The notes under the pieces were generated by a model that saw only the letters and a list, made by a program, of their open reading frames with translations, had not been told where the DNA came from and made no database searches. Shown one piece after another: positions 25,161 to 37,740 of a DNA stretch of 64,000 bases. The stretch is from Octopus sinensis (Eukaryota), in NCBI RefSeq assembly GCF_006345805.1, contig NC_043008.1:12834001-12898000 (forward strand), written 5' to 3'. Position 1 is the first letter of the stretch; every line of letters begins with the position of its first letter. Position numbers and translations under genes: made by a program.

Positions 25161-26099
25161 CTTTAAAACGTGTGTTTCCTGCGATATGAGCAATGATCTT
25201 TTAGTAGTAACAGTTCAAAGCTTTTTGCTGAAGTATGGAGAACATATCAGCTAACATGCCCTAATTATGTATGGCTAAAACTTAGAGAGCTTTGATCAAT
25301 CGAAAGCTTGTCCTTAAATATTACATAATCCCAAGCTTGTCATTAATTTCAGTGATATCATCTTAAATACGGCTTTCATTAGCATTGAATCAATGTCTTG
25401 GTCTGAAAGCAAACGAATTACATAAATATAGAGTAATCCAAACTAATTCATCTCAAGGGAAACAAACACTAAATAAGAATTCAACTGATTCCGTCTTATG
25501 TTTCTAATTCTAGAGCTCGGTTTATGGGTAAAAGTGATATTAAGCTTCTTCTAGACAATTGGAAGAAAATATTGTTTTTTTTTTTATGCAATTGTTGGAG
25601 CAGAAAAAAAGTTCGATAAACATACAGCCGGTTGAAGTAAGGAAACAGAAACGTTGTCGTGTTATTGTCTTCGTCTATTACAGCTACTTAACCATCTGAA
25701 GCCTTCCAATTCACAACGCGTTGGAGCTGCCATTGGGCTCACCATTAGTCTTCCAGCGACTTGTGAAAGAAGCAAAGGTGCACAACACCCACACACGCAC
25801 ACACATACAAAAACATACAAGACGCCAACGTCACCACCGCAGACATTAGAATCATTGTTTAAGGAATTTATCAAAATTGTACTGAAGTTTTATTATACGT
25901 GTAACAATTTGCATACATATTTATTTTTCAAGTAGCTTCCTCTATTTATAAAACTTGACCTCATGAAGCACTTCGTAAAATCTCTTGCCACAGGATGGAA
26001 TGGGCTTCATGTATTTGCATATCAAGCTACTTGTTCTATCAGACGCCATATATCTTGAGTTTCCTTCTATAGGTTGTCCACTCGTATATATATATATAT

Positions 26100-26143
<44 letters not shown>

Positions 26144-26357
26144 TTATTTGCTTTGCCATATCACTGAGCTACGATTTGCCTCGCTTAGCTGTATAGGCAA
26201 CCGTATACGTGTGACACCAATGGTCACTCTCTGACCGGCCATAACAAATAAACTCCTAAATATACTACAGCAGTAATGATTTAGAATGTGCTACTTTTTG
26301 AGATATATGGTCACACACACATATGCTGGGGGCTTATGTGTGAGTCTATGAAAAGAA

Positions 26358-26399
<42 letters not shown>

Positions 26400-27035
26400 T
26401 GGATCTGTCTTTGACAACGGTTGCTGCTCCGACAGATATTGTTATATTTCGAAGTCAATATAACATCCAATAAGTATCACAGTATAATTACTATATCTGC
26501 ACAGACACCACTATCAACACAATCTACACGTACTTTCGAACTTCCGAACTTCTACAGTCGACTGGCTATAGGTTTATTTATAAAGGCAGGCTACTACCAC
26601 TTTTTACGGGACGGGTGAACAATTTCACTATACAACGTACATATATCTTACTTATTGATCATGTCGATGTGCTTTGCGCATACTTTCAAATACAAGTATG
26701 TTTCTGTATGGGGTATTGAATATGAAGTGTGCGCTTGTTCGTGTATATACATTCGTAAGTTTAGAAACTACTTCTAAGAAAAAATAGATATAGAAAATAT
26801 AACATATAGATATACAAGTGTAAGTGCGATACATGACTTCAGTAAATAGTTTAAAGGAAGTCGGTAGCAGCTGCGCAGTAATTTGAGGTGGCCATCTTGT
26901 GAAGGTATTTAAATAGCTTTCAAGTCATGCAAATGAGAATATTTACAAACAGACTATCAGGTGATAGATCTCCAGCAAAAATGCAGACACAAGAGCTTGT
27001 AACGTGAAACACAATATGTGGTATAGGTCATCATG

Positions 27036-27067
<32 letters not shown>

Positions 27068-27127
27068 ATGCATATATATAACTTAATATAATATGCATCA
27101 ATATATAATATATTCATACATACATAC

Positions 27128-27158
<31 letters not shown>

Positions 27159-27233
27159 CTATATATTATCTATAATGCATATATATAACATAATATAATA
27201 TGCATCAATATATAATAATTCATATAATATATC

Positions 27234-27273
<40 letters not shown>

Positions 27274-27449
27274 TATATATATATATTCTTCAATAATTAA
27301 TATATTCATATAAATATATATATATTCACTTATATATTTATATATATATTCATATATATATATATATTAATATTCATATATAATACAAGTATATATATAT
27401 ATGTACACTTTATATATATATCAATAAAATATTATATATATATGAGTGT

Positions 27450-27772
27450 ATCGTAGTTCGCTGGAATCATTGTGTATTGTTTGTGAAATATAACGTGTCT
27501 GGAATGGCGCAACAGTGCAGAGTGGACTATAATAACTCTTATAAATAATTTAATTATTCATATTTTAATATATTTCGGAACATAAAAATTCCTTCTTCAG
27601 ATAATGCTAGGAAATAGTGGAGTCATTGTTATTGTCGGTTTTCCAACGGTTTTAATGAAATTTTTCTCAAGCTTCCCTGCAGTGGCCTCACGAAACAATT
27701 CCGAAATTTTCATGGGAAGTGCGTAAGGGCGGTCATGTTTCCAACTCGTGTGTGTGTTGGCATATCCATAGC
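27450..27772 (-). mobile_element. Penelope-like terminal repeat (left arm) with hammerhead motif 27562-27605
   Basis: Reverse complement aligns by eye (roughly 75-80%) with 28335-28640. Confidence 0.65.
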
Positions 27773-27789
27773 GCAGCTTCCAAGTTATG

Positions 27790-27951
27790 TATTATAGGAG
27801 TGGGTATGTGGAAAGTAGCTTGCTTGCCAACCACATGGTTCCGGGGTCGGACCCACTGCGTAACATCTTGGCATGGTTCTTCTACTATAGTCCAGGGCCG
27901 TCCGAAGCGTTGTGAGTGGATTTGGTAGACAGAAATTGAAAGAAGCCCGTC

Positions 27952-27999
<48 letters not shown>

Positions 28000-28215
28000 G
28001 TGTGGTGGGTATGTGTCTGTCTGTCTATCTGTGTTTGTGTTTATCCCTTTGACGTCACTTGGCGGCCGATCTTGGTTTGTTTGCGACACTGTGGCTTGGT
28101 GTTTCGGTAGAGGAAACCGATGGGGTGGGTGCTGGGCTTGCAGTACGTGAATCGTGGGATCAATTTGTTAAATTAAAGATGGTGCTCCAGCATGGACGCA
28201 GTAAAATAACTGAAG
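27790..28215 (+). mobile_element. SINE family B, older copy
   Basis: ggagtgggtatgtggaaagtagcttgcttgccaaccacatggttccgggg...gagtggatttggtagac...ggtgctccagcatgg. Confidence 0.85.
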
Positions 28216-28334
28216 CAAATAAAAGAATAGTGTTTTTTTTACATGACCATCACCATCGTGTGTGCAGCGTGTCAATATTGTTAAATAATATAGTTTTGTT
28301 AATTTCCAACCTATTGTTAATTTGGGGCCCTAGT

Positions 28335-28640
28335 CTGCGGATATGCGAACAAACACACGAACTCGAGACATGACCTTCCTCACGCACTTCTCATGAAGAA
28401 TTCCGGTAGGAGTGAGACCACTGCAGGGACGCTTGTGACAAATTTCAGTAACCGTTGGAAAACCGATCATAGCAGTTACCCCATTACTTCCTTGCATTAT
28501 CTGAAGAAGGGATTTTTATATTCCGAAATATTATATTAAACTATGAATAATTAAATTATTTATAACAGTTATTATGGCCCATTCTGCATTGTTGTGCCAT
28601 TCCACACACATTACATTTCACACACACACACAAGTCATTA
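28335..28640 (+). mobile_element. Penelope-like terminal repeat (right arm) with hammerhead motif 28496-28541
   Basis: gcattat CTGAAGA A GGGA tttttata TTCC GAA ATATTATAT T; inverted copy of 27450-27772. Confidence 0.65.
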
Positions 28641-29868
28641 TACGATCTTGGGATATATCTATACAGAGATTGTCATCTTCTAACTGTCCATTTTGAATTT
28701 TATCTTCGGCAAGGAAATCTGGGATTCCTTAACGTCCATTTAACCTTCACATAATTAGGGTTTCTTCGGCTAGATGAATAGCTATCTCGCTGAGTAATTA
28801 TTACATCAGGGAATCTACTATCTAGGAAATATTTGTAGTCTGAAACTTTTCCTCTCCACTCACTCATTTTGGAGGTTACATACATACATATGTACATATA
28901 ACACATATATATATGACTTAATTTTTCTCTCACACCGTCTCGATGAAGGGATATTATAATTAATTCCTAGAAACAGCTGTAAACATCTATCTATAAATGC
29001 TTAATATCTATATAGCCTTGGTTTTTTTATCTTATTACGCAAAAAATTCTTATACACACACACACACACACACATATATATGTATTATATACTTATCACC
29101 TGTTATCTTTTTTTACTCGTGTTTGTGATAGGAGTGTGGCCACACTAGAACATTAGTTAGTCTGGAGTTAAAGGATAAGGCATTTATCCAATGTACCACA
29201 CAGTGGGAGTGTATCCGAAACCACGTAGTTACTAAGAAGGTATGGCTGACGCATCTCCAACGCCCTTGCCTTAACATATCTCTCGGGACGATAAAGCCAA
29301 CGTTTATAAATAACAGTAGACCATATTTATCGTCTTGTTCAATCCTTCGAATCGAAGGATATATTCTCATGAATCCATCGTGCAAGTTAGGTTATTCTGA
29401 CCGTTATTCTAACACAATGATCCAGTAATAGAACGCCTAATAATGTTCTTGGAAAATTCTCTAAAGCGATTTATATTCACACCACGAAGCACCAGAAACG
29501 CACTTTGTGAAGTTGGCTGTTATTTACAGTTTCATTAAATATTCCATTTAGTGAATAACAAAGTTGTTTGTTGTAAGATTCTTATGAACTTATCAAAGGT
29601 TCGTTGCATTTTTCTATTGGAGAGGGTTGGAAATGATTGATGGGAAGCCCTAACGCATTCTAAGTAACACGAATATCGTTTTATTCAAAAGAACCGCACG
29701 TTTACCTTGTTGATTTCAGCACATAAACAATATATATATATATAAATACGCATATGCTCATATGCACACAAACAGGTGCTATCATGAGCATATATTTTTG
29801 AAATATGTATGTGTGCGCTCGTGTCTTTATGCATGTATATATATATGTATATATATATATATATATAT

Positions 29869-29910
<42 letters not shown>

Positions 29911-29924
29911 TATATATATAATAT

Positions 29925-30171
29925 TATTAGAGACAAAACCACTATTTTGCAAAACAAACAAGGAAAGACTTAATCAATACATAAAATTTTAATAAAAAGT
30001 CAAAAAAAACGCCACTACAATTGTTTCTTGTCTTGATCGACAATCTTCAGGTGGACTTCCAATAAGTCAGTTTCAAATTTCTCTAATAATATTATATAAT
30101 ATTTTACTATAAAATTGGATTAATCCTAAATCTGATTTTTCCCTGTAAATTTGGATTTATTCCCTAATATT

Positions 30172-30175
<4 letters not shown>
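29925..30175 (-). mobile_element. Penelope-like terminal repeat fragment (same family as 58520-58683)
   Basis: Shares attaggga.taaatccaaa.ttacagggaaaaat.agatttaggatta and agag.caaaaccactatt with the 58520 region; contains a hammerhead motif. Confidence 0.65.
30012..30054 (-). ncRNA. Minimal type I hammerhead ribozyme motif
   Basis: Minus: CCAC-CTGAAGA-TTGTC gatcaa GACAA-GAA-ACAATTGT-A-GTGG; all core nucleotides present, stem I 4/4, stem II 5/5, palindromic stem III, GUA cleavage triplet. Confidence 0.75.
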
Positions 30176-30213
<38 letters not shown>

Positions 30214-30220
30214 ATGTATG

Positions 30221-30260
<40 letters not shown>

Positions 30261-30386
30261 ATAATATATATATGTATGTATATATATATATGTATGTATA
30301 TATTTATTATATAACCCCGGATCAACCCGGGACCTACATATGTATGTATATATATATATATGTATGTATATATATATGTATGTATA

Positions 30387-30436
<50 letters not shown>

Positions 30437-30572
30437 TATATATGTATGTATATATATATATATAATATATATATATATATGAAAGAATGGAGTTGAACGA
30501 CTAGTTAACAAATATCCTTTATTCTCGACATATCTTTCGAATTATCCTTATAAAATAATTCATTCAGCTACT

Positions 30573-30642
<70 letters not shown>

Positions 30643-30989
30643 TGTATGTATGTATATGTGTGTGTGTGTGTATGTATGTATATATATATATATATATGAT
30701 TTGCTTGTTTTGTTTATTAGCTGCAGTTCGAGAACGGCGGCTATGCTGTGACACCATGGAGGTCAATGCTAAACAATGCATCAATAATGATCTCAACCGT
30801 TTCACGTATCCGTTTGCTCTCAAAAACAAAACGACCAAGTATGCATACGCCGATAAAAAATACGCATGCGCACGCACACCCACACACGCCCACACACATA
30901 CCTATATATGTACATATTTGTTTATCGGTATATGCGTACCTTGGCGTTTTCTTTCTGTTACATACGTACATATATGCATACATACAGAA

Positions 30990-31474
30990 AACTTTATAAT
31001 GAAATCCATTGAAAGGATATTCCCGAGGACAAAGAAATTAGAACCCACAATATGGTTGAAGCCATAGCCGCTCATAATAAAAAGGAATACTGGTGGAATG
31101 TTCCAGTGAAAACGTCAATAAAATGTAAGCACAACAGACCTGATATAATGATTTGGGGTAGAGAAGTGAAACTGTGCACATTTGTGGAAATTAGTTGTCC
31201 AGCAGATGTTAACATAAAGCTGTAGATCAGTGAAAAAGAGAACACCTACGCTGAACTACTGAGAAATCTGCAGTTACTCTATCCAGATTACATGTTCAGG
31301 TTTATACCTGTAATTAGTGAGGCATTGGGATATGTAACACACTGCCTAAATACCAATTTTGAGAAACTAGGCTTCTGAAAACCAGAAAGGAGAAAGCTAC
31401 GTCGAAGACTACAGATCCAGTGTATCACTGGAACTGTAAAAATCTGTAAAACTGTCCAGAAGTTTATCATTTAA
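30990..31474 (+). pseudogene. Restriction-like endonuclease C-terminus of a divergent R2/R4-group LINE
   Basis: EYWWNVPVKTSIKCKHNRPDIMIW...FVEISCPADVNIKL*ISEKENTY...FIPVISEALGYV...TGTVKICKT; PD..E..K RLE motif with two in-frame stops. Confidence 0.85.
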
Positions 31475-31557
31475 CTCACTGTGGCAACCATCCTTTTGGA
31501 GTGAAGTATTGAAGTTCCCATTTCTAAAACTTTCGTGCATTGTGTCTATAATAGAAT

Positions 31558-31559
31558 AG

Positions 31560-31620
<61 letters not shown>

Positions 31621-31624
31621 GTAA

Positions 31625-31670
<46 letters not shown>
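31558..31670. repeat. (ATT)n then (AGT)n trinucleotide array
   Basis: Direct; it is the tail of the minus-strand element at 31682-32050. Confidence 0.95.
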
Positions 31671-31671
<1 letters not shown>

Positions 31672-31681
31672 TTTTTGTTAT

Positions 31682-32050
31682 AAAGTGAGATAGTTGTGCA
31701 TGCCTTCAAACTGATTAGGGTACACAAGGTACGTGCATCACAGCGCATGACCTTGCAGTCGGGGCCCAGAATGTTCACGGTATTTTGATCTCTCGTATGA
31801 CAGCTAACGATCGCTAGTATGACAAAACCATTAACCTTCCTATATAGGTATATCAAAGAGTATCGCAACGTATGACTTTTGGCTGGTGTGTGGTGAGGAC
31901 TGATTGATATGGGAAATGAAAATATGTTGCTTGAGCTGCATATAGAATTAACGGAACAATACTCGCAAACATTTCACATATGTTATTATCACAGAAACAA
32001 GCCAACTGCTATAACTAGATGAGAGAAAAACACTGCTAATGGGTGTAGAT
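31682..32050 (-). mobile_element. Non-coding repeat whose 3' part matches the TAA-flanked element at 39085-39608; its body recurs inverted at 33355-33635
   Basis: rc ctgggcccc.actgcaaggtcatgcgctg..gatgcac...gtaccct.atcag...catgcac..ct.tctcact matches 39460-39600; the body is shared with 33355-33635. Confidence 0.65.
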
Positions 32051-33756
32051 TTATTTATGTCCCTGTTACCTAGCGGTTCAACAAATTGGAAAGAATACGA
32101 TAGAATAATACAAGGCTTAAAAAATAAGTACTATGATCGATTCGTGTGACTAAACCCTTCCAGGCGGTGCCGGAAATTGTCTGCAGTCTAACGACTGAAA
32201 CTAGTAAGGGATGAAAGATAAACTCTGAGAGATAAATGTATGTTGAATTTTGAAACACTCTCTAAGTTGGCACCCCGTTTAATGTTATCGCCACAAGAGA
32301 CACTACGCAACTATTTTCGATTATGTTTACAATTACTGCTGAGCTCTTTGAGACTTCTGACAAACGTAGAGCGTTGTTGGTAGTGTCGTTGTGAAGTCAC
32401 GAGATGGTACCTCGTAACGAGTTCATAATGTCAGCGTTTATTATTTTGCCAAAGCTGTCAGTTTCATTAGGCTTTGGAGATTTTCATATCAAACGTTTGA
32501 ATAATTCCGCAAACATAACTACCATACTTTTCTTCAAATTTCCAGTTTAATTATATCGATGCAAACAGGTGTGTGTGCGTATGTGTGTTTGAATGTGTGT
32601 CTGTGTGTATGAATATGGATGTGTGTGCACGTGTCTGTATGTATCTGTGTGTGTGTGTACGTACGTGCGTGCGCTTGTATTTATGTGTTTATGTTCAATA
32701 TTTGCAAACACATGAATTTTGTCCGAAGGGAATTTGTTTGGAAATAAAGTGAGGCTTGTTATAAGTTATAAAACAGAAAGTTACTTCGATGTTTCGAGAA
32801 ATTATTTGTAAATTACACGTATTATGTTCTAAGAATAATAACAACGCATATTCCTTTACAAGTGTTCTTACATAATTTAGCGAAGAAAATGCAATTAATT
32901 GTAATTATCTTTCTAGTGATTAAAATATTCTGCGTTATATTTGCAATACTAAATAACTGCTATAGAACTGAATCTAGTTTTATACTTCAGACGTTAAAGG
33001 AGTAAAGAATTTCTGTCAATGCTCTTATAGCAGGGATTCGTATCCGGTTCCCTGGGAGATCAGACATCACGAGCGAACCACTACGCTTTCACGCGATCGG
33101 TGTATTAACAAACCAACCGACCAACCAACCAACCATTCAGGCTGAAATCATAGTGTGGACAGATTTTCTCGAACATTCTAGAATTTGACTTCCCCTCCCT
33201 TCATAATAACATTTCTACGCGTATTTTTACCAGTCAGGTGATCCAGCAAGTCGACTAAGTTAGATGACAGGAACCTCGCTCGCCACGAATATAGCAGCAT
33301 TGTATCCAGTTATGATGGACAAGCCACATGTCGCCGTGTCAATAGCTTACCGTAAACTCTTAGCAGTGTTTCTCTCTCAGAATGTAGTTATTGCAGTTTG
33401 TCTGTTTGTGCGATAATAACATATGCGAAATGTTTGCGAGTATTGTTCAGTTAATTCTACATGCAGCTCAAGCAACATATTTTTATTCCCCATATCAATC
33501 AGTCCCCACCACACACCAGTCAAAAGCCATAGGTCACGACACTCTTTAATATACCTACATAGGAAGGTTAATGGATTTGTCATGCTGGCGTTCGTTAGAT
33601 GCCATACGAGAGATCAAAGTACTCTGAACATTCCGTAATGCATATATGGTAGTCGAAGTATTATTTATACAATTAAAAATCTATTCGTACTGGCGTTGTC
33701 ACTGCAAATAGATATTAACAAAGAACGACAAATTTTAGATGTACTGTTTTATGATG

Positions 33757-34107
33757 TACTAGCTCTATGACCCGGCAACACCGAGTCATAGTGCTAGAGC
33801 GTACATATACAGCTGCGTGCGTGCACACAGACACGCGAGTACTGTCCAAATCTCCGACCAATCGCATAAAGCTAGCTGGCATTCAATTGGCATATCAAGT
33901 TTTGGATAGAAATTTCACAAAAAAGTCATTTCTATTGATTTTTTAATGGCTTTGCTGTGTGACTAGGGAAATGTAAAGTTGTGTACGACAACCCTTGGGC
34001 GATTTTAAATGACCATAGTAAGTGCGAGCTCTCTAACTGAAAAATTGTGGATTTGCATACAGGACACACACACAGACAGAAAGTTTGCCGTTTATATATA
34101 GAGAGAT
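33757..34107 (+). mobile_element. Helitron/Helentron-like non-autonomous element
   Basis: Starts TACTAG with a hairpin ctagctctatgacccgg-caaca-ccgagtcatagtgctag; ends with (CA)/(GACA) microsatellite and ttgccgtttatatatagag. Confidence 0.55.
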
Positions 34108-35684
34108 ATGTAATGCAATATTATACAGAGTAGATTCATTGACAAATAATGTAGCAATGTTTAACAAATGATACAGGTTCAGTTCTGATTCGTAAAACGT
34201 AACATGGCATATTATATTATAAATGTCGCAATAATATAGTTGCGTACATTACGATAGTATAGTTTAATTTTTACTATCGATCGAAGGCGTTCCAACTGTG
34301 ACCATTGCATCTATTTTTGATATGTCTAGAGCTGTATGTCTTTTCTTTCTTGAAAACGGTAGGAATTTTGAGAAAATTTGAGCTCCATTGCTATAGTATT
34401 ACACCTAACTGTGTTTCTCTCTGAAGTTTCATCGTATCTAAAAGTCAAAAACATGTACAACAATATGGTGTCTGAAATGCAAAAAGACTAAACAGTCATG
34501 GGTGGCTGGATTACTTGTCGAAAGTTGACCAGATGCTATACAAGAGCAACACCATAAAACAGTATAAAAAATAAACCAACTCAATTCGAAAGAATGTCTT
34601 TCATTATGAGCATTCCCCAGGCACCATGAGTACAGAACAGCACCACGTGATAAAATTTGCAAATTTCAGGATATGATACACGACTGGAAAGACGTAACCC
34701 TTGTTTTACATGAATTTAGGGATAATTTGGAATATAGCAAAAGGCCTAGCTAGATACTTATGCGCTCGTTCACATTATAGCTAAATCCTAAACCCTATCA
34801 CATCCTAATAGATCCAATGTGAACGTCGAAGTTGAGAGTAATCATGGCATCATAAGATATGAAGGAATTTTCGCCAATTCACTTTTTATTGATATATAAG
34901 TGTAGAACGTAGATTGATTTTAATTTAAAGACACGAACACGTTCGATTATATTTGTTTGGCAGATATATAAACACATCTTTGAAATGTGATCATGTTTGA
35001 AATTCCGGTAATGCAGCTTTTACAGTCTGGAGATGTGTTTCCGTTCATGACATTACCAAACACGGAGGGAGACGAAACATAGAAGAAGATATATAACTAA
35101 ATATACATTTTTACAATATCTTCTTATTGATAATGACAGAAAATGAATACCACGAAATATCTAGGTGATACAAATAGCAGACAAATAGCAGTTGCTGGAA
35201 TATTTAATGAAAGGATTCGATTTAACTCGTTCAATTCTTCAGCCAATGACACGTTTGCAGTATTTGCTGCGAATACGAAGATTGGTATTACAAGTTTCCA
35301 GCTGTGAATTTGCCATTGATAAATGAGGAATAATTTCCTGAATTACATAGTAAGAAAAGATGAATGAGTTTTCAGGAATTTTGTTTGTCTTGAAACCAAA
35401 CCAAGAAACGAAATAGAACGATGAACATGTGATTTATTTCTCTTAGGATATAAACTTATTATTTTTTTTTACTTGGCAGCTGTGCTTGAGTAAGGATTAT
35501 TGCATCTAAGTCCTATTTTAAAAATAATTTTTACTGTACTGCCAGCATGGCTGTCTGGTTAAAAAGCTTGCTTTGCAACCAAAGGATTTCGGGTGCAATT
35601 CCACTGCACAGCAACTTCTTCAACTCTTTTATGGGACAACCATGCCTTGTGAGTGAATTTGTGAGACGGAATTGTGGAAGCTCG

Positions 35685-35699
<15 letters not shown>

Positions 35700-35736
<37 letters not shown>

Positions 35737-35793
35737 CCGCTCTAGACATATCAAAAACAGATGCAATGGTCATAGTTGGAACGCCTTCGATCG

Positions 35794-35846
<53 letters not shown>

Positions 35847-35899
35847 CCGCTCTAGACATATCAAAAACAGATGCAATGGTCATAGTTGGAACGCCTTCG

Positions 35900-35950
<51 letters not shown>
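35700..35950. repeat. Tandem duplication of a 66-bp repeat fragment separated by (TA)n
   Basis: ataataccgctctagacatatcaaaaacagatgcaatggtcatagttggaacgccttcgatcg occurs twice; an inverted relative lies at about 34277-34335. Confidence 0.9.
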
Positions 35951-35953
<3 letters not shown>

Positions 35954-36129
35954 GAATGGGTTTGTGTGTGTGAGTGTGTGTGTTTTATCCACCACACTTT
36001 GATTAGTGTAGGTTTGTTAACGCTCCGGTAATTTAGCAATTTGGCAAAAAAAAAAAAGATTGATAGAGTTTGTAACAGACATATAACTAAGGTCGATTTG
36101 TTCGACTAAATTCTTGAAGATGTAGCTCC

Positions 36130-36850
36130 AGGATGGTAGAAACGTTAGCATGCCAGGCGAATGCTCAGCGGTATTTCGACTGCCGTTACGTTCTGTGTTC
36201 AAATTCCGCCGGATTCGTCGTAATCGACTTAATACGTTTGTCTGTCCTTGTTTGTCCCCTCTGTGTTTAGTCCCTTGTGGGTAGTAAAGAAATTGGTATT
36301 TCGTCAGCCGTTACGTTCTGAGTTCAAATTCCACCGAGGTTGACTTTGCCTTTCATCCTTTCGGGGTCGATTAAATAAGTACCAGTTAAGTACTAGGGTC
36401 GATGTGATCGACTTAATGCGTTTGTCTGTCCTTCTTTGTCTCCTCTGTGTTTAGCTCCTTGTGGGTAGTAAAGAAATGGGTATTTCGTCTGCCGCTACGT
36501 TCTGAGTTCAAATTTCGCCGAGATCGACATTGCCTTTAATCCTTTGGGGGTCGCTTAAATAAGTACCAGTTACGCACTGGGGTCGGTATAATCGACTTAA
36601 TCCATCCGTTTGGCTGTCCTTGTTTGTCCTGTCTGTGTTTATCCCCTTGTGGGTAGTAAAGAAATTGGTATTCCGTCTGCCGTAACGTTCTGAGTTCAAA
36701 TTCCGCCGAGGTCGACTTTGCCTTTCATCCTTTCGGGGTCGATAAATTAAGTACCAGTTACGCACTGGGGTCGATGTAATCGAATTAATCTGTTTGTCTG
36801 TCCTTGTTTTTCCTCTCTGTGTTTAGACCCTTGTGGGCAATAAAGAAATA
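36130..36850 (+). mobile_element. SINE family A tandem tetramer
   Basis: Units restart at ggtatt(t/c)cgtc at about 36170, 36295, 36479 and 36667; only the first carries the 5' head. Confidence 0.92.
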
Positions 36851-37660
36851 AGAAAGGTATATAGACGTGCTTATTGACTCATCATTTTCTAAATAAAATC
36901 AGATAATTAACATTACTACGGTGAGGGAAATGCTATATGCCATTTTTATCTTGCACCTGGTCAATCCTGGGGAAGTACATATTGCGGTAGGGTAGACCGT
37001 AGCACACGGTATTAGTTTTACAAACGGAGTGCATCGTAGAATATAATACCAAATGCGTCTACTTTCTTAAAGACGGCAGGAAGTATTTAGGTGTTCTGTT
37101 TTGGTAACATGGAAACCCCGCACACCCACTGCGCGCATGCATTTTCTATAATTATGAATGCTTGTGTGAATCTGTGTATACTTAAACGTATCTGTTCGTG
37201 ACCGTCTGTGAGTTTGTGTAGGCAGACTGACTGAGTAAACAAATTACTTCGAGGCATATATAATTATCTGGAGAAACAGAATTTTCTGGAAACCAGGGAA
37301 TCTCATAGCGAATTATCTGGAATTTTAATCAGTTAAAATGGTTGATACGACATTCAATAAACTCAAAGTATAAACACAATTAATGATAATCAAATCACAC
37401 ATAATGTTTGTAATATGAATCAAATACATAGATTAAAAACCTATCCCAAACTTTATAAAACAGAAATACAAAATACATGGAAATCTAACCGAATTTCGGT
37501 AGAAGACCAGCAGCTTAATAATTTCTAGGACTTTAGTGTCATATATTTTATTGACCTTGAAAGGATGAAAAGCGGACATCAGTAGCATTTGAATGCTGAA
37601 TATAAATGATATACAGCATTCTATCCGGCGTTCTACCGCTTCTGCCAGCTCGCTACATTC

Positions 37661-37662
<2 letters not shown>

Positions 37663-37715
<53 letters not shown>

Positions 37716-37740
37716 TAAAAATAATAATAATAATAATAAT
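37663..37740. repeat. (AAT)n array upstream of the R4-like insertion
   Basis: Direct; gives the poly-Asn stretch of ORF 37606-38685. Confidence 0.97.

Noticed and set aside
26850-26915. YY1/ETS-like motifs with aagATGGCC on the minus strand
   Set aside because: ORF closes after 14 codons and short motifs arise by chance; no other support.
36170-36850. Regularly spaced repeats suggestive of a CRISPR-like array
   Set aside because: Units are contiguous SINE monomers of about 185 bp with no unique spacers; eukaryotic context with no cas genes.
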